DNA of 32,000 bases, from assembly GCF_009617975.1 (NCBI RefSeq), contig NZ_CP040089.1, positions 330,001 to 362,000 of the forward strand. The letters run 5' to 3'. Positions 14,936 to 24,321 of this stretch are shown piece after piece. Source of the DNA: Candidatus Nanohalobium constans (lineage in GTDB: Archaea; Nanohalarchaeota; Nanosalinia; Nanosalinales; Nanosalinaceae). Positions within the stretch are counted from its first letter, which is position 1. The number at the start of each line of letters is the position of its first letter. The notes beneath the pieces were generated by a model, which was given only the letters and a program-made list of their open reading frames with translations, was not told the origin of the DNA and searched no databases. Both the position numbers and the translations under genes were made by a program.

Positions 14936-14992
14936 ACCTGGACGCATCCTGACTGAAAAATACTTTTAACTTTCAGAGCCGGAACCGGTGTT

Positions 14993-17900
14993 ATGACAGG
15001 CTACGATCCGGACAAAATTGAAGCAACTGTTTCAAAACAGTGGCAGGAAAACAATACGCGGCAAAAAGTTTTAGACAGAAACGAAGGAAACGAAAGATTC
15101 TACTTCCTAGACGGTCCTCCTTATGCATCAGGAAACATCCACATGGGAACCGGACTCAACAAAATACTGAAAGACTTCTACCTGCGTTTCCATAGAAAGC
15201 TGGGATTCAATGTGCATTCTCAGCCAGGATATGATACTCACGGCCTTCCGATCGAGAACAAAGTAGAAGAGGAGAAAGGCTTTAACTCTAAGAAAGAAAT
15301 TGAAGACTTCGGAGTTGAGAATTTCATCAAGGAATGTCAGAACTTTGTTGATGGACACATCGATCAGATGAACGATGACTTTGAAGATATTGGAATATGG
15401 ATGGACTGGGAGAACCCGTATGTAACCTATCACGATTATTATATTGAAGGAGCTTGGCAGACATTCAAGGAAGCGTATCAGAAAGGGTATCTCTACGAGG
15501 ACCAGTATCCAGTCCATATCTGTACTCGGTGTGAAACGGCTGTAGCATACAATGAAATCGAATATACTAAGCTAGATGATCCTGAAGTCTATGTTGCGAT
15601 GCCGGTCAAAGACTCTGATGAGGAGTTCCTGATCTGGACAACAACACCGTGGACTCTTCCGGCTAACGCAGCGATCATGGTACATCCAGGACATGAATAC
15701 TCTTTAGTCAAGTTTAATGATAGGAAAATCTGGATGGCTTCCGAGCTCCGAGACCAGATAATGGAGAAGTTCGGAATTGAGGAAGACGAATTTGAGGTCT
15801 TGAAAGAGATTGAAGGCTCAGAATTAGAGGGTAGAGAATATAATCATCCTCTGGAAGATATCGTTCCTGCTCAAGAAGATGTTCAGGGCAGAGTAATCCT
15901 GTCAGAAAGATATGTCGACCTAGAAGGCGGCACAGGACTCGTTCACTCCGCACCAGGCCACGGTAAAGAAGACTATGAAGTAGGGCAGGAGAACGATGTC
16001 AAACAGATTTCCCCTGTAGACCTGAAAGGAGAATTTACTGAAGAAGCCGGAAAGTATGAAGGTACTCATGTCAAGGATGCAGATCCTCAGATTATGGAAG
16101 ATCTAGGAGAAAATCTTCTCTACTCTGGAGAGATTAACCACGAGTATCCAAAATGCTGGAGATGTGACACGCCGCTTCTACAGCTCTCAATCCCACAGTG
16201 GTTCTTCGGAGCAACGCAGTTTAGAGACGAACTTGTAGATTACAATGAGGAGGTTAACTGGGTTCCGGACTGGGCTGGTCAGAAGTTCCATGAGTGGCTT
16301 GAACAGCTAGGTGATTGGCCGGTTTCCAGACAGCGTTACTGGGGAATCCCGCTTCCGATCTGGGAATGCCAGGACTGCGACCACACAAAGGTAATCGGTG
16401 ATAGAGACGAACTGCCGGAAGTACCGGATGACCTTCACCGACCTTACATTGACGATGTAGAGCTGGATTGTGAGGAATGTGGAGGCACTATGGAGAGGAT
16501 TCCTGATGTACTAGATGTATGGTTTGACTCTGGTGTAGCTCCTTGGGCTTCACTGAAGAACCCGGAGATAGACTTCTCGTTTGAGGATGTCGATACGGTT
16601 GATCTGGAGCTCGAAGGATTTGATCAAATCCGTGGATGGTGGAACAGCCAGTTCATCACTTCCCACATGACTTATGATCAGAAGCCGTTCGACAATGTCA
16701 TCTACCACGGAAAAGTCATGTTGGATGGAAAGGAAATGAGTAAGTCGAAAGGAATAGTTGTCTCGCCTGAAGAAGCAGTGGAAAAGTACGGTAGGGATAT
16801 TCTCAGATTCTTCATTCTCTCCGGGAATCCTGCGGACGATTTGAACTTTACATGGGATAAGATGGAGGAAAACATGGAGTTCCTCAACATCCTCTGGAAC
16901 ACATACAACTACAAAGACACATACACAGGGGAAACAGAAAGACCAGAGAATCTAGAGATTGAGGACAGATGGATCCTGTCTAGGTTCAACTCTGTGCTTG
17001 AAGAAGTAAGAGAACAGTGCACAGAGCCGAACTACCAGGCATACAAAGCAGCACAAACTCTAGAGGACTTCACAAAAAACGATCTGTCTCGTGGATACAT
17101 CAAGATGATTAGAGACAGACTAAAAGATGGAGAAAACCAGGAAGCTGCATCCTGGACTCTTAGAAAGGTTACAGATGATCTTCTAAGACTGCTCTCACCG
17201 TTCACGCCTTATCTTGCCGAGTATCTGCATGAGGGCGAAGACTCAATCCATATGCAGGATCTGCCAGAAGTAAATGATGAACTCCTAGACAGAGACCTAG
17301 AAAGAGGCATGGGAATCTTCCAGGATGTCGAGGAAGCAGCGGCTCGTCTCAGACAGGACCAAGGAATAAAATTAAGGCATCCTGTCAAAAGAGTAACTGT
17401 TTCAGGAAGTGAAGAAGTAGAGCAGGCTGTACAAGATCTTGAAGAACTGCTGAAGGAGAATCTCAATGCCAAAGAAGTGGTATTTGAGAAAGTTGAGCTT
17501 GACTATGAGGTCAAACTTGACTATGCTGAGGCAGGTCCGGTCCTAGGTGGTAAAGTTTCAGACGCTGAAGAAGAACTCGCTGATTTAGATCATGCAGAGG
17601 TTGCTGAGAAAGTCGAGGCAAGTGAATCTGTCGAGCTTGCTGGTGAAGAACTTGGTTCAGAAATGTTTGATGTAAGAACCCATGTGCCAGAAGGAATGGA
17701 AGGTGAGGAGTTCTCCGATGGAACAGTTTACATAGATCAGGAAAGGACAGAAGAGCTTCTTGACGAAGCGTTCGTCGCTGAAGTGATAAGAGATATCCAG
17801 CAGAAAAGAAAGGAAGCTGAGCTTGAAGTTGAGGATCAGGTAGAGCTTTCTTTCAGTGGTGATACAGAGCCTCTCGAACAGCATGAAGAGGAGATCCGGA

Positions 17901-18013
17901 GCAGGGTTAACCTCTCCGAGCTTGGCTTTGGTGGTGAGGACTTGGATTACTCCGGCAGCGTTGAGTTTGAGGGGCGTAAAATCGAATTCAGTTTCTCCGA
18001 TCCTGTAGAGTAG
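14993..18013 (+). CDS. ileS: isoleucyl-tRNA synthetase
   Basis: PYASGNIHMGTG (HIGH-type), KMSKSKG, an editing-domain-sized insertion, and Zn-knuckle cysteines (CTRCETAV, CWRCDTPL). 1006 aa. Confidence 0.95.
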   Translation: MTGYDPDKIEATVSKQWQENNTRQKVLDRNEGNERFYFLDGPPYASGNIHMGTGLNKILKDFYLRFHRKLGFNVHSQPGYDTHGLPIENKVEEEKGFNSKKEIEDFGVENFIKECQNFVDGHIDQMNDDFEDIGIWMDWENPYVTYHDYYIEGAWQTFKEAYQKGYLYEDQYPVHICTRCETAVAYNEIEYTKLDDPEVYVAMPVKDSDEEFLIWTTTPWTLPANAAIMVHPGHEYSLVKFNDRKIWMASELRDQIMEKFGIEEDEFEVLKEIEGSELEGREYNHPLEDIVPAQEDVQGRVILSERYVDLEGGTGLVHSAPGHGKEDYEVGQENDVKQISPVDLKGEFTEEAGKYEGTHVKDADPQIMEDLGENLLYSGEINHEYPKCWRCDTPLLQLSIPQWFFGATQFRDELVDYNEEVNWVPDWAGQKFHEWLEQLGDWPVSRQRYWGIPLPIWECQDCDHTKVIGDRDELPEVPDDLHRPYIDDVELDCEECGGTMERIPDVLDVWFDSGVAPWASLKNPEIDFSFEDVDTVDLELEGFDQIRGWWNSQFITSHMTYDQKPFDNVIYHGKVMLDGKEMSKSKGIVVSPEEAVEKYGRDILRFFILSGNPADDLNFTWDKMEENMEFLNILWNTYNYKDTYTGETERPENLEIEDRWILSRFNSVLEEVREQCTEPNYQAYKAAQTLEDFTKNDLSRGYIKMIRDRLKDGENQEAASWTLRKVTDDLLRLLSPFTPYLAEYLHEGEDSIHMQDLPEVNDELLDRDLERGMGIFQDVEEAAARLRQDQGIKLRHPVKRVTVSGSEEVEQAVQDLEELLKENLNAKEVVFEKVELDYEVKLDYAEAGPVLGGKVSDAEEELADLDHAEVAEKVEASESVELAGEELGSEMFDVRTHVPEGMEGEEFSDGTVYIDQERTEELLDEAFVAEVIRDIQQKRKEAELEVEDQVELSFSGDTEPLEQHEEEIRSRVNLSELGFGGEDLDYSGSVEFEGRKIEFSFSDPVE

Positions 18014-18070
18014 ATTGGGGGTAACCTTGGTACCCTCTCATTAAATCGTTTGAGTTCGGAGTGATTGATT

Positions 18071-19177
18071 ATGCAAGTCGAAAAATTGAAGCCAGCAGTA
18101 GAGTTTCTGGAAAAATCCGAAGAAACAGAAGATATAGGGATCATCCACCACTGGGATATGGACGGCACAGCCTCCTCAGTAATTATCTCCAAAATACTGG
18201 AAGAAGTAAGAGGAGAGCCAGCCCAATGGGTATCCATCCCGGAAGAAAGAGCCTACCATCTATCCGAGAAAGATCATGAGAAGATTGAGAATCTGGACAA
18301 GTTGATCGTCCTAGATTTCAACTTGGAAGCAGATGAGATGGAACAGCTCCTAGAAGACTACGATCTAGAAATATTGATGGTTGATCATCACAGCTTCGGT
18401 AGAAAGCCGGAAGGAGTAAGCTTCGTCAACCCGCGAGAGTTCGATGCGGAAATCTATGTTCCATGCAGCAAAATCTGCCTCGATATATCCGAGGAATTCG
18501 GATTAAAAGACGAACTGCGGTGGATTGCTGGAATGGGGGTTATACAGGACTTTGGAGTCGACTCATGTCCTGAACTATTTGACAACTTAGAGGAAGAGTA
18601 CGATAAGTATCTGCCGGATGAAAAGACGCAGCAACAACTAGCTAAGAACTGTGAATACGGAAGATACTCCTCAATTCTGAACATCAAGCCGTACAGGGAT
18701 TCAAAACACTTTGCAAAACTAGCCTATGAGGCACTGATGAAGTCCGACAGCTTGATGGAGATCGAGGCGCAGGAGGAATACCGTCAGGTCTATGAAGTCT
18801 ACCTGGAGATGCAGGACGAGTTTAACGAAGTATTGGAGAACTATGAAGAGGAAAGAGAAGTAGATAGAGACCAGTGTGTAATCTTCTTCGAACTTGACAG
18901 CGAGTTTAACATTAACTCCAGTATTGCGACAAATATGTCGACGAAGACGCCTGAGTGGATTCACCTAGTTGTACAGAGAGACGAAGACGAGGTAAACATC
19001 TCCGGAAGATGTCAGTCCGGTCGTGTAGATCTCGGAAAACTCCTTCAGGAAGCATTACCAGAGAAAGCGGTTGAAGAAGGTGCTGAAGGCGGTGGTCACA
19101 GAAAGGCGGCTGGAGCCTCAATGAAGCCCGACTATTATCCGGAGTTCAAGTCGAACTTCCTGCAGTTGGTGGAGTAA
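18071..19177 (+). CDS. DHH/DHHA1-family phosphoesterase (RecJ/NrnA-like)
   Basis: Motifs HHWDMDG, MVDHH and C-terminal GGGHRKAAG. The ATG at 18071 is more likely than the track's TTG at 18065. Confidence 0.8.
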   Translation: MQVEKLKPAVEFLEKSEETEDIGIIHHWDMDGTASSVIISKILEEVRGEPAQWVSIPEERAYHLSEKDHEKIENLDKLIVLDFNLEADEMEQLLEDYDLEILMVDHHSFGRKPEGVSFVNPREFDAEIYVPCSKICLDISEEFGLKDELRWIAGMGVIQDFGVDSCPELFDNLEEEYDKYLPDEKTQQQLAKNCEYGRYSSILNIKPYRDSKHFAKLAYEALMKSDSLMEIEAQEEYRQVYEVYLEMQDEFNEVLENYEEEREVDRDQCVIFFELDSEFNINSSIATNMSTKTPEWIHLVVQRDEDEVNISGRCQSGRVDLGKLLQEALPEKAVEEGAEGGGHRKAAGASMKPDYYPEFKSNFLQLVE

Positions 19178-19216
19178 GTGCGAAGATTGAAAAGTCTGAA
19201 GTAGTACATGTGTTAC

Positions 19217-19447
19217 ATGTCTAGGACTATTCGTGGTATTGATGATGAAACCTTCCGTGAGTTTAAGGCGAAGGCTCAGAAGGAAGGTAGAACTATTGGT
19301 GATGCGGTAACAGAGGCTATGTCTCAGTGGTTGAATGAGACGAAGGAAGATGTTTCTTTAGATGATATGGATGCATGGGACTGGGGAGAAGGAACTGAGA
19401 AACTAAGTGAGGAACACGAGGACGAACTATATGGCGAAACTGCTTGA
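19217..19447 (+). CDS. vapB: ribbon-helix-helix antitoxin (VapB-like)
   Basis: MSRTIRGIDDETFREFKAKAQKEGRTIGDAVTEAMSQWL is a beta-strand plus two-helix RHH pattern. An acidic tail follows. The gene overlaps the PIN gene by 17 nt. Confidence 0.7.
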   Translation: MSRTIRGIDDETFREFKAKAQKEGRTIGDAVTEAMSQWLNETKEDVSLDDMDAWDWGEGTEKLSEEHEDELYGETA

Positions 19448-19802
19448 TACAAGCTTCCTAATAGCCTATCACAATAAGAGAGACGAACATCATGATAGAG
19501 CTAGAGAGCTAAGGCCGGAAAAGATTGTGGTCAACGATTACATATACGCTGAAGTTTTAGATACCATTTACTCTTCCCAGGGAAAAAAGAAAGCAGTAAA
19601 TTACTCCAAGTTTCTAGAAAAATCAGCGAAAGTCATCCCAGTAACGCAACCAATAATGAAGAAAACGGTTCAAAATTTTCAGGAAAAAGATCTCAGCTTC
19701 ACAGACGCCTCAATAGCAGCCACTGCACAAAAACTAAATATGGATATAGTTTCCTTTGACAAAGACTTCGACCAATTCAAGGATGTAGAAAGGATTCACT
19801 GA
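19431..19802 (+). CDS. vapC: PIN-domain toxin (VapC-like)
   Basis: MAKLLDTSFLIA..., SFTDASIAA and VSFDKDF supply the conserved acidic residues of PIN domains. The start at 19431 fits better than the track's 19407. Confidence 0.8.
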   Translation: MAKLLDTSFLIAYHNKRDEHHDRARELRPEKIVVNDYIYAEVLDTIYSSQGKKKAVNYSKFLEKSAKVIPVTQPIMKKTVQNFQEKDLSFTDASIAATAQKLNMDIVSFDKDFDQFKDVERIH

Positions 19803-19819
19803 ACAATTTCCAAAAACTG

Positions 19820-19826
19820 TTTAAAC
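19820..19826 (+). promoter_or_regulatory. TATA-like box TTTAAAC
   Basis: Lies 25-31 nt upstream of the ATG at 19851. The same TTTAAACC octamer recurs at 2422 and 31792. Confidence 0.35.
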
Positions 19827-19850
19827 CCGAGAACCTAATCATTGGTTGTT

Positions 19851-20003
19851 ATGAGTCGAGACAAGGCAAAGAAGCAGAAGCAAAAAGCAGCAGACATGCT
19901 AGGTTTAAGCGACGAACGAGCTGAAGAAATCTTCGAAGAAACAGAAAGCCGAACACAGAAAAAGAAGAAAGAACTACAGGAAAAAGCAGAAAGAGAAGAA
20001 TAA
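19851..20003 (+). CDS. 50-aa highly charged small protein (below the ORF-track cut-off)
   Basis: Hand translation gives MSRDKAKKQKQKAADMLGLSDERAEEIFEETESRTQKKKKELQEKAEREE*. A TATA-like box sits at the right distance. The competing minus-strand ORF 19835-20053 is Cys/Ser/Phe-rich and unlike the rest of this acidic proteome. Confidence 0.4.
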   Translation: MSRDKAKKQKQKAADMLGLSDERAEEIFEETESRTQKKKKELQEKAEREE

Positions 20004-20030
20004 GTCCTTACACTTTTTCTATACTTTCCT

Positions 20031-20375
20031 TTAACAACCCAACATTTCCTCATTATCTTTGTATTCTACTGTCTCCGATTCAACAGCTTTAATCGAACTC
20101 GATGGCGTTTCTCCATCCCTGTGGATACAGATTATCGGAAGGCCAAAACTATCAGCCCAACCCAGCTCAATACCAAGACCGGTAGATGGTTGAGACACCT
20201 CAGCTACCATCAAATCAGCCTCATCCTGAAGAAAACTCTTTGAATCAAATAATTCGTCAGAGCCATCATGTGGAAACACCAAGTTATGTCTTTCAGATAA
20301 CTTGCTGTTCCTCAATGGCTCGTACAGGTTCCCTCTAAAATCCATGCTGGATGAATGCCCGATATAAATCTTCAT
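20031..20375 (-). CDS. nucleoside 2-deoxyribosyltransferase-superfamily protein, DNPH1/Rcl-like
   Basis: MKIYIGHS... and MVAEVSQPSTGLGIELGWADSFGLPIICIHR resemble the DNPH1 VVAEVTQPSLGVGYELG...PILCL block. The ATG at 20375 forms an ATGA overlap with the cysS stop. Confidence 0.55.
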   Translation of the reverse strand: MKIYIGHSSSMDFRGNLYEPLRNSKLSERHNLVFPHDGSDELFDSKSFLQDEADLMVAEVSQPSTGLGIELGWADSFGLPIICIHRDGETPSSSIKAVESETVEYKDNEEMLGC

Positions 20376-21802
20376 TTCAGCCACTTGCTGCCTTCATCCG
20401 TATCCTCAACTTCGAAACCAAGATTTTGAAGCTGGTCACGGATGTAATCGGAGGTTTCCCAGTCCTCTTCCTCACGGGCCTCATCACGAATCTCCATCAA
20501 TAGATCGGCCATCTCGGCTTCAGATTCAGAAGTATTAGGAGTGATATCTACTCCTAAAATCTGGAAGAGTTGGATAACTGTGTTCGCTGCGGCAGGAGAA
20601 ACTTCTTCATCATCTTCCCTCACTGAATTTAGGTCAGAGACTGTCTCCATCAAGTACTGCTTCGCCTTAGCAGTGTTCAGGTCGTCATCCATAAACTCCT
20701 CAAACTGTTCCTTGATTTCTTCTTCAGTATTGTCTGTCTCAGGAACTCCAACTTTTTGAACCATTCTGCGAGCCTTACCTAACTCTTTCTCGGCCTTCTC
20801 CAATCCTTCGTGGGAGAAACTAGTCTCGCTTCTGTAATGGGAGGACACAAGATGAAGCCGGATGGCATCTCCTGAGTACTCATTCAACAGTTCTCTAACA
20901 GTATAGAAATTCCCTTCACTCTTACTCATTTTCTCACCTTCTACCTGAATAAATTCATTGTGAAGCCAGTACCGTGCCTGACCTTCTCCGGTTGCTGCGA
21001 AGCATTGTGCTCTTTCGTTTGGATGGTGTGGGAAGATGTGGTCCTTTCCGCCTGCGTGGATGTCGAACTCGTCTCCCAAGTATTTCTGTCCCATCACTGA
21101 ACATTCTAGATGCCAGCCAGGATAACCGGTTGATTCGACGATTTCACTATTGATTTCGAACTTGGCTGTCCATTCCATCAAGTGACCGCTTCCTTCAGAA
21201 TTTAACCATAGGGCAAAATCATACTGGTTCTTCTTTTTCTCATCTTCCTCTACACGGCTTTCAGCCTCATCCTTCAACTGTTCAATATCTTTGTTAGCCA
21301 TTTCTCCGTACGGATAGTCTTCCGCAAACTTCTCAACATCGAAGTAGAGATTCCCATCGACTTCGTAGGCATAGCCGTTGTCTATTATCTTTTGAACATA
21401 CTCAATCATCTCATTGATATGTCCTGTGGCTCTCGGCACTATATCCTGTCTTTTGATGTTCAGTGCCTTTGTGTCTTCGAAGTATCTTTCGATCTGGTCT
21501 TCAACCAGTTCCATAGGCTCTAGACCCATTTCTTTCGCCCGTTTCTCTACTTTATCTTCCCCCTGATCGCCGTCGTCAGTTAGATGACCAACATCTGTTA
21601 TGTTCTGGACGTGTCTTACGTTGTAGCCTTTCCATCGGAGGTATCGAGTTAAGGTGTCCCATGCGACATATGCTCTTGCGTTTCCGATGTGAAGGTCGTC
21701 GTAAATCGTCTGACCGCAGCTGTAGAACTTTACCTCTCCTTCAGTTATTGGTTTGAACTCTTCTTTCTCTCTGGTCAAGGTGTTAAACAGTTTCAAAGTC
21801 AT
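20372..21802 (-). CDS. cysS: cysteinyl-tRNA synthetase
   Basis: HIGNARAY (HIGH) and KMSKSEGN (KMSKS). 476 aa. Confidence 0.95.
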   Translation of the reverse strand: MTLKLFNTLTREKEEFKPITEGEVKFYSCGQTIYDDLHIGNARAYVAWDTLTRYLRWKGYNVRHVQNITDVGHLTDDGDQGEDKVEKRAKEMGLEPMELVEDQIERYFEDTKALNIKRQDIVPRATGHINEMIEYVQKIIDNGYAYEVDGNLYFDVEKFAEDYPYGEMANKDIEQLKDEAESRVEEDEKKKNQYDFALWLNSEGSGHLMEWTAKFEINSEIVESTGYPGWHLECSVMGQKYLGDEFDIHAGGKDHIFPHHPNERAQCFAATGEGQARYWLHNEFIQVEGEKMSKSEGNFYTVRELLNEYSGDAIRLHLVSSHYRSETSFSHEGLEKAEKELGKARRMVQKVGVPETDNTEEEIKEQFEEFMDDDLNTAKAKQYLMETVSDLNSVREDDEEVSPAAANTVIQLFQILGVDITPNTSESEAEMADLLMEIRDEAREEEDWETSDYIRDQLQNLGFEVEDTDEGSKWLK

Positions 21803-21844
21803 GGGTTCATCAGCTGCTGTGTATTGACTTGAACTGGTTGAGAG

Positions 21845-22333
21845 TTAAAAATCATAATGCACGATCTGTCCAAAACCCAGTTCATGCCAGAAATCAACCT
21901 TTTCATACTCTGGAACATTTAGTGAAAGAAAAATGCCATGAGTTACAGCTAGGGAATTTCCTTCAGCCATCTCAATAAACTCGTGGAATCTTTCTCTCAT
22001 TTCTTCCTGATCTTCCCAGTCGGCCTTTTTGCCGCCGTTGAGGTAATCTTCAACCAGGTTAACATATCGATCGTGGTCCTCTACAAAGCCTTCTCCACTT
22101 CTGTCAACCTCACAAAGCAATTCAGTTTTCACAAGTTCGGCATCGGCTTTTTCAGCAATCCTTCTAGCTGTCTTAACAGCTTTCCGCTCTGTGCTTGTAT
22201 AGACAATATCGATGTCAAAATTATTCTCTCTGACAAACTTCTGCATCTCTTTCCTGCCTTTTTCGGACAGCCTCCACTCTGAAACAGGAGTTCCAGGTTC
22301 TAATTCTGTTTGGAAATGCCTGAGAAACTTCAT
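21845..22333 (-). CDS. histidine phosphatase (phosphoglycerate mutase-like) family protein
   Basis: MKFLRHFQTE (RHG-type catalytic motif), YTSTERKAVKTA, AVTHG. The start at 22333 avoids overlap with the upstream Nudix stop at 22338. Confidence 0.65.
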   Translation of the reverse strand: MKFLRHFQTELEPGTPVSEWRLSEKGRKEMQKFVRENNFDIDIVYTSTERKAVKTARRIAEKADAELVKTELLCEVDRSGEGFVEDHDRYVNLVEDYLNGGKKADWEDQEEMRERFHEFIEMAEGNSLAVTHGIFLSLNVPEYEKVDFWHELGFGQIVHYDF

Positions 22334-22337
22334 AAGC

Positions 22338-22799
22338 CTAGTAAGGAGCTTTCTCAATTCTTTTCAGGAATTTCTCCACTTCTTCCCGGTTCTTCACTTT
22401 TTTGCATGACTCAGGGTCTAGACTGTCTTTCAGTTTTTCTGGGTTGACCCATTTGACCTCTTCTAAATCGTCCATTGCTTCTGCATCTTTATTCTCAGCT
22501 TCGACATGGTACATGATTTGAACCGGTTTGTCTATTGTATCTCTCCAGGTGTTGGCAGTCGCATCCACGATCTGATGGACTTCTACATCAAGTCCTGTCT
22601 CCTCTTTAATCTCGCGGACTACTCCTTCTTCTGGTTCCTCATCCTCGTCTAGATGTCCTCCTGGAAAGTGCCATTCGCCGCTTATAGGATGGCCTTCAAC
22701 CTCTTTCTTTTTCCCTAGCAGTATTTCTCCTTGGCATGTTATTATCCCGTTTACGACTACTCTGTGTTGCGCTGTCATGCCTAAATCTTTCCGAGGCAA
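22338..22799 (-). CDS. Nudix hydrolase
   Basis: Nudix box GGHLDEDEEPEEGVVREIKEETGL. Confidence 0.85.
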   Translation of the reverse strand: MPRKDLGMTAQHRVVVNGIITCQGEILLGKKKEVEGHPISGEWHFPGGHLDEDEEPEEGVVREIKEETGLDVEVHQIVDATANTWRDTIDKPVQIMYHVEAENKDAEAMDDLEEVKWVNPEKLKDSLDPESCKKVKNREEVEKFLKRIEKAPY

Positions 22800-22832
22800 C
22801 TTCTTTAACCCTTCCCTGACGAAAACTTTTCC

Positions 22833-23417
22833 ATGTTCACAGGACTGGTAGAAGAAACCGGAAAAATACGGGAAGTCAGAGAAACAGGTGAAGGAAAAAG
22901 GATAACAGTCGAAGCGGAAGAAGTTGTGGAAGATGTCTCTAAGGGAGATTCTATCAGCGTCAGCGGTGCATGCCTCACCGTAGAAGAATTCTCTGATTCA
23001 ACTCTGGATTTTTTCCTAGCTGAAGAAACTCTGGATAAGACCTGGTTCTCCGATATTTCTGAAGAGGATGAAGTAAACCTGGAGAGAAGCTTGAAAGCCG
23101 GTGACCGGATGGGAGGCCACCAGGTACAAGGCCATGTGGAGGCAGTAGCAGAAGTCCTCGAAGTAGAAGAACTTGAAGAAGGATGGAACATGAGTTTCGG
23201 GCTGCCTGAGAGCATGAGTAACTATGTTGTTGAGAAAGGTTTCATCACGGTGGAAGGTATCTCTCTGACGACTACTGAGGTGACTGAGGATTCTTTCTGT
23301 GTGACTATCATCCCGGAGACTTGGGAGGTCACTAATCTTTCCGAGAAAGAGGAGGGTGACGAAGTGAATTTGGAGTCGGATCCGATTGGTCGTTATGTTG
23401 AGAAGATGGTTGGATGA
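22833..23417 (+). CDS. ribE: riboflavin synthase, bacterial/eukaryotic alpha-chain type
   Basis: MFTGLVEETGKI N-terminus, two lumazine-binding half-domains, GGHQVQGHVE. 194 aa. The antisense ORF 22805-23215 is a shadow. Confidence 0.9.
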   Translation: MFTGLVEETGKIREVRETGEGKRITVEAEEVVEDVSKGDSISVSGACLTVEEFSDSTLDFFLAEETLDKTWFSDISEEDEVNLERSLKAGDRMGGHQVQGHVEAVAEVLEVEELEEGWNMSFGLPESMSNYVVEKGFITVEGISLTTTEVTEDSFCVTIIPETWEVTNLSEKEEGDEVNLESDPIGRYVEKMVG

Positions 23418-23457
23418 CTGAGTTAAATAAACGAGTGAATCTAATTCTAGGTTGTTG

Positions 23458-24249
23458 ATGAGTAGTAGGCTTGGACAGTCGGGTGTTGAGTACTTAGCTA
23501 CTTATGGCTGGATGGCTGTAGCAGTCACAGTTGCAGGGGCGGCACTTTATCCGAGTTTGAATACTGGTTGTAATGTTCAGCTTGACGGCGATATCAGAAC
23601 CGGAGGGTTGGCAATTGAACAAGTTGGAGCTGATAAGAACGGCACATTGAAGGTTATTTTCGACAGTGATACTAGGGAGAAACTTCAGGTGGAGTCTATA
23701 AGGCTTGAAGGGAGTGAGGACAGCTTGACTGTTGTACAGCCTCGGGAAATCTCTCCTGGCGGGGAAATTGCGTATAAAATAGGAGATGTCGAGAGAACAT
23801 CGGGCTGTGATACTTTTGATGCAGAGATAACCTTTGATAAAGGACCTCTTCAGAGCCAGAAGAAACAAATTGAGATATCTGCACCTTATGAACTGGTTAA
23901 AAGATTTCTTTCTCTTATCCGTACAAGAGGCGATAGTATTGAGCACCTTGAAGTAGATGCTTCAGTAAAACCAACGAATGAAACGATATGTGTAGGTTTA
24001 GGGTGTGGTATAACTGAAGGAGGCAACGCAACCGAGCCTGAAAAATATCTTAATTACAGTGGGGACAGCATGAGGGGTACTCTGAGAACAAACCGTTTTG
24101 ATTCGGTCTGCTACGGCGTGAAATGTGAGGAAAAAGGTGGAGACATTGAGGGATATGTTAACTCTAACGAAAGCTTCATGGCAGGCACACTTCGGTTGAC
24201 CGAACTGATGCCCAAAAATGATGATGAAAAGAAGATCCTGCTAAAGTAG
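23458..24249 (+). CDS. archaeal type IV pilin-like protein (class III signal peptide) with a Cys-loop / GDxMxGxL C-terminal region
   Basis: MSSRLG|QSGVEYLATYGWMAVAVTVAGAALY. The C-terminus has ICVGLGC, KYLNYSGDSMRGTL, VCYGVKC, GYVNSNESFMAGTL, collinear with 13914-14738. The ATG at 23458 is preferred to the TTG at 23452. TTAAATAAA lies at 23424-23432. Confidence 0.7.
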   Translation: MSSRLGQSGVEYLATYGWMAVAVTVAGAALYPSLNTGCNVQLDGDIRTGGLAIEQVGADKNGTLKVIFDSDTREKLQVESIRLEGSEDSLTVVQPREISPGGEIAYKIGDVERTSGCDTFDAEITFDKGPLQSQKKQIEISAPYELVKRFLSLIRTRGDSIEHLEVDASVKPTNETICVGLGCGITEGGNATEPEKYLNYSGDSMRGTLRTNRFDSVCYGVKCEEKGGDIEGYVNSNESFMAGTLRLTELMPKNDDEKKILLK

Positions 24250-24321
24250 CTACCGACACTTTCCTTCTCAAAAAGTATAAAATGTGTACAAAAACAAATT
24301 ACTCACAAGTGTATACTTAAG

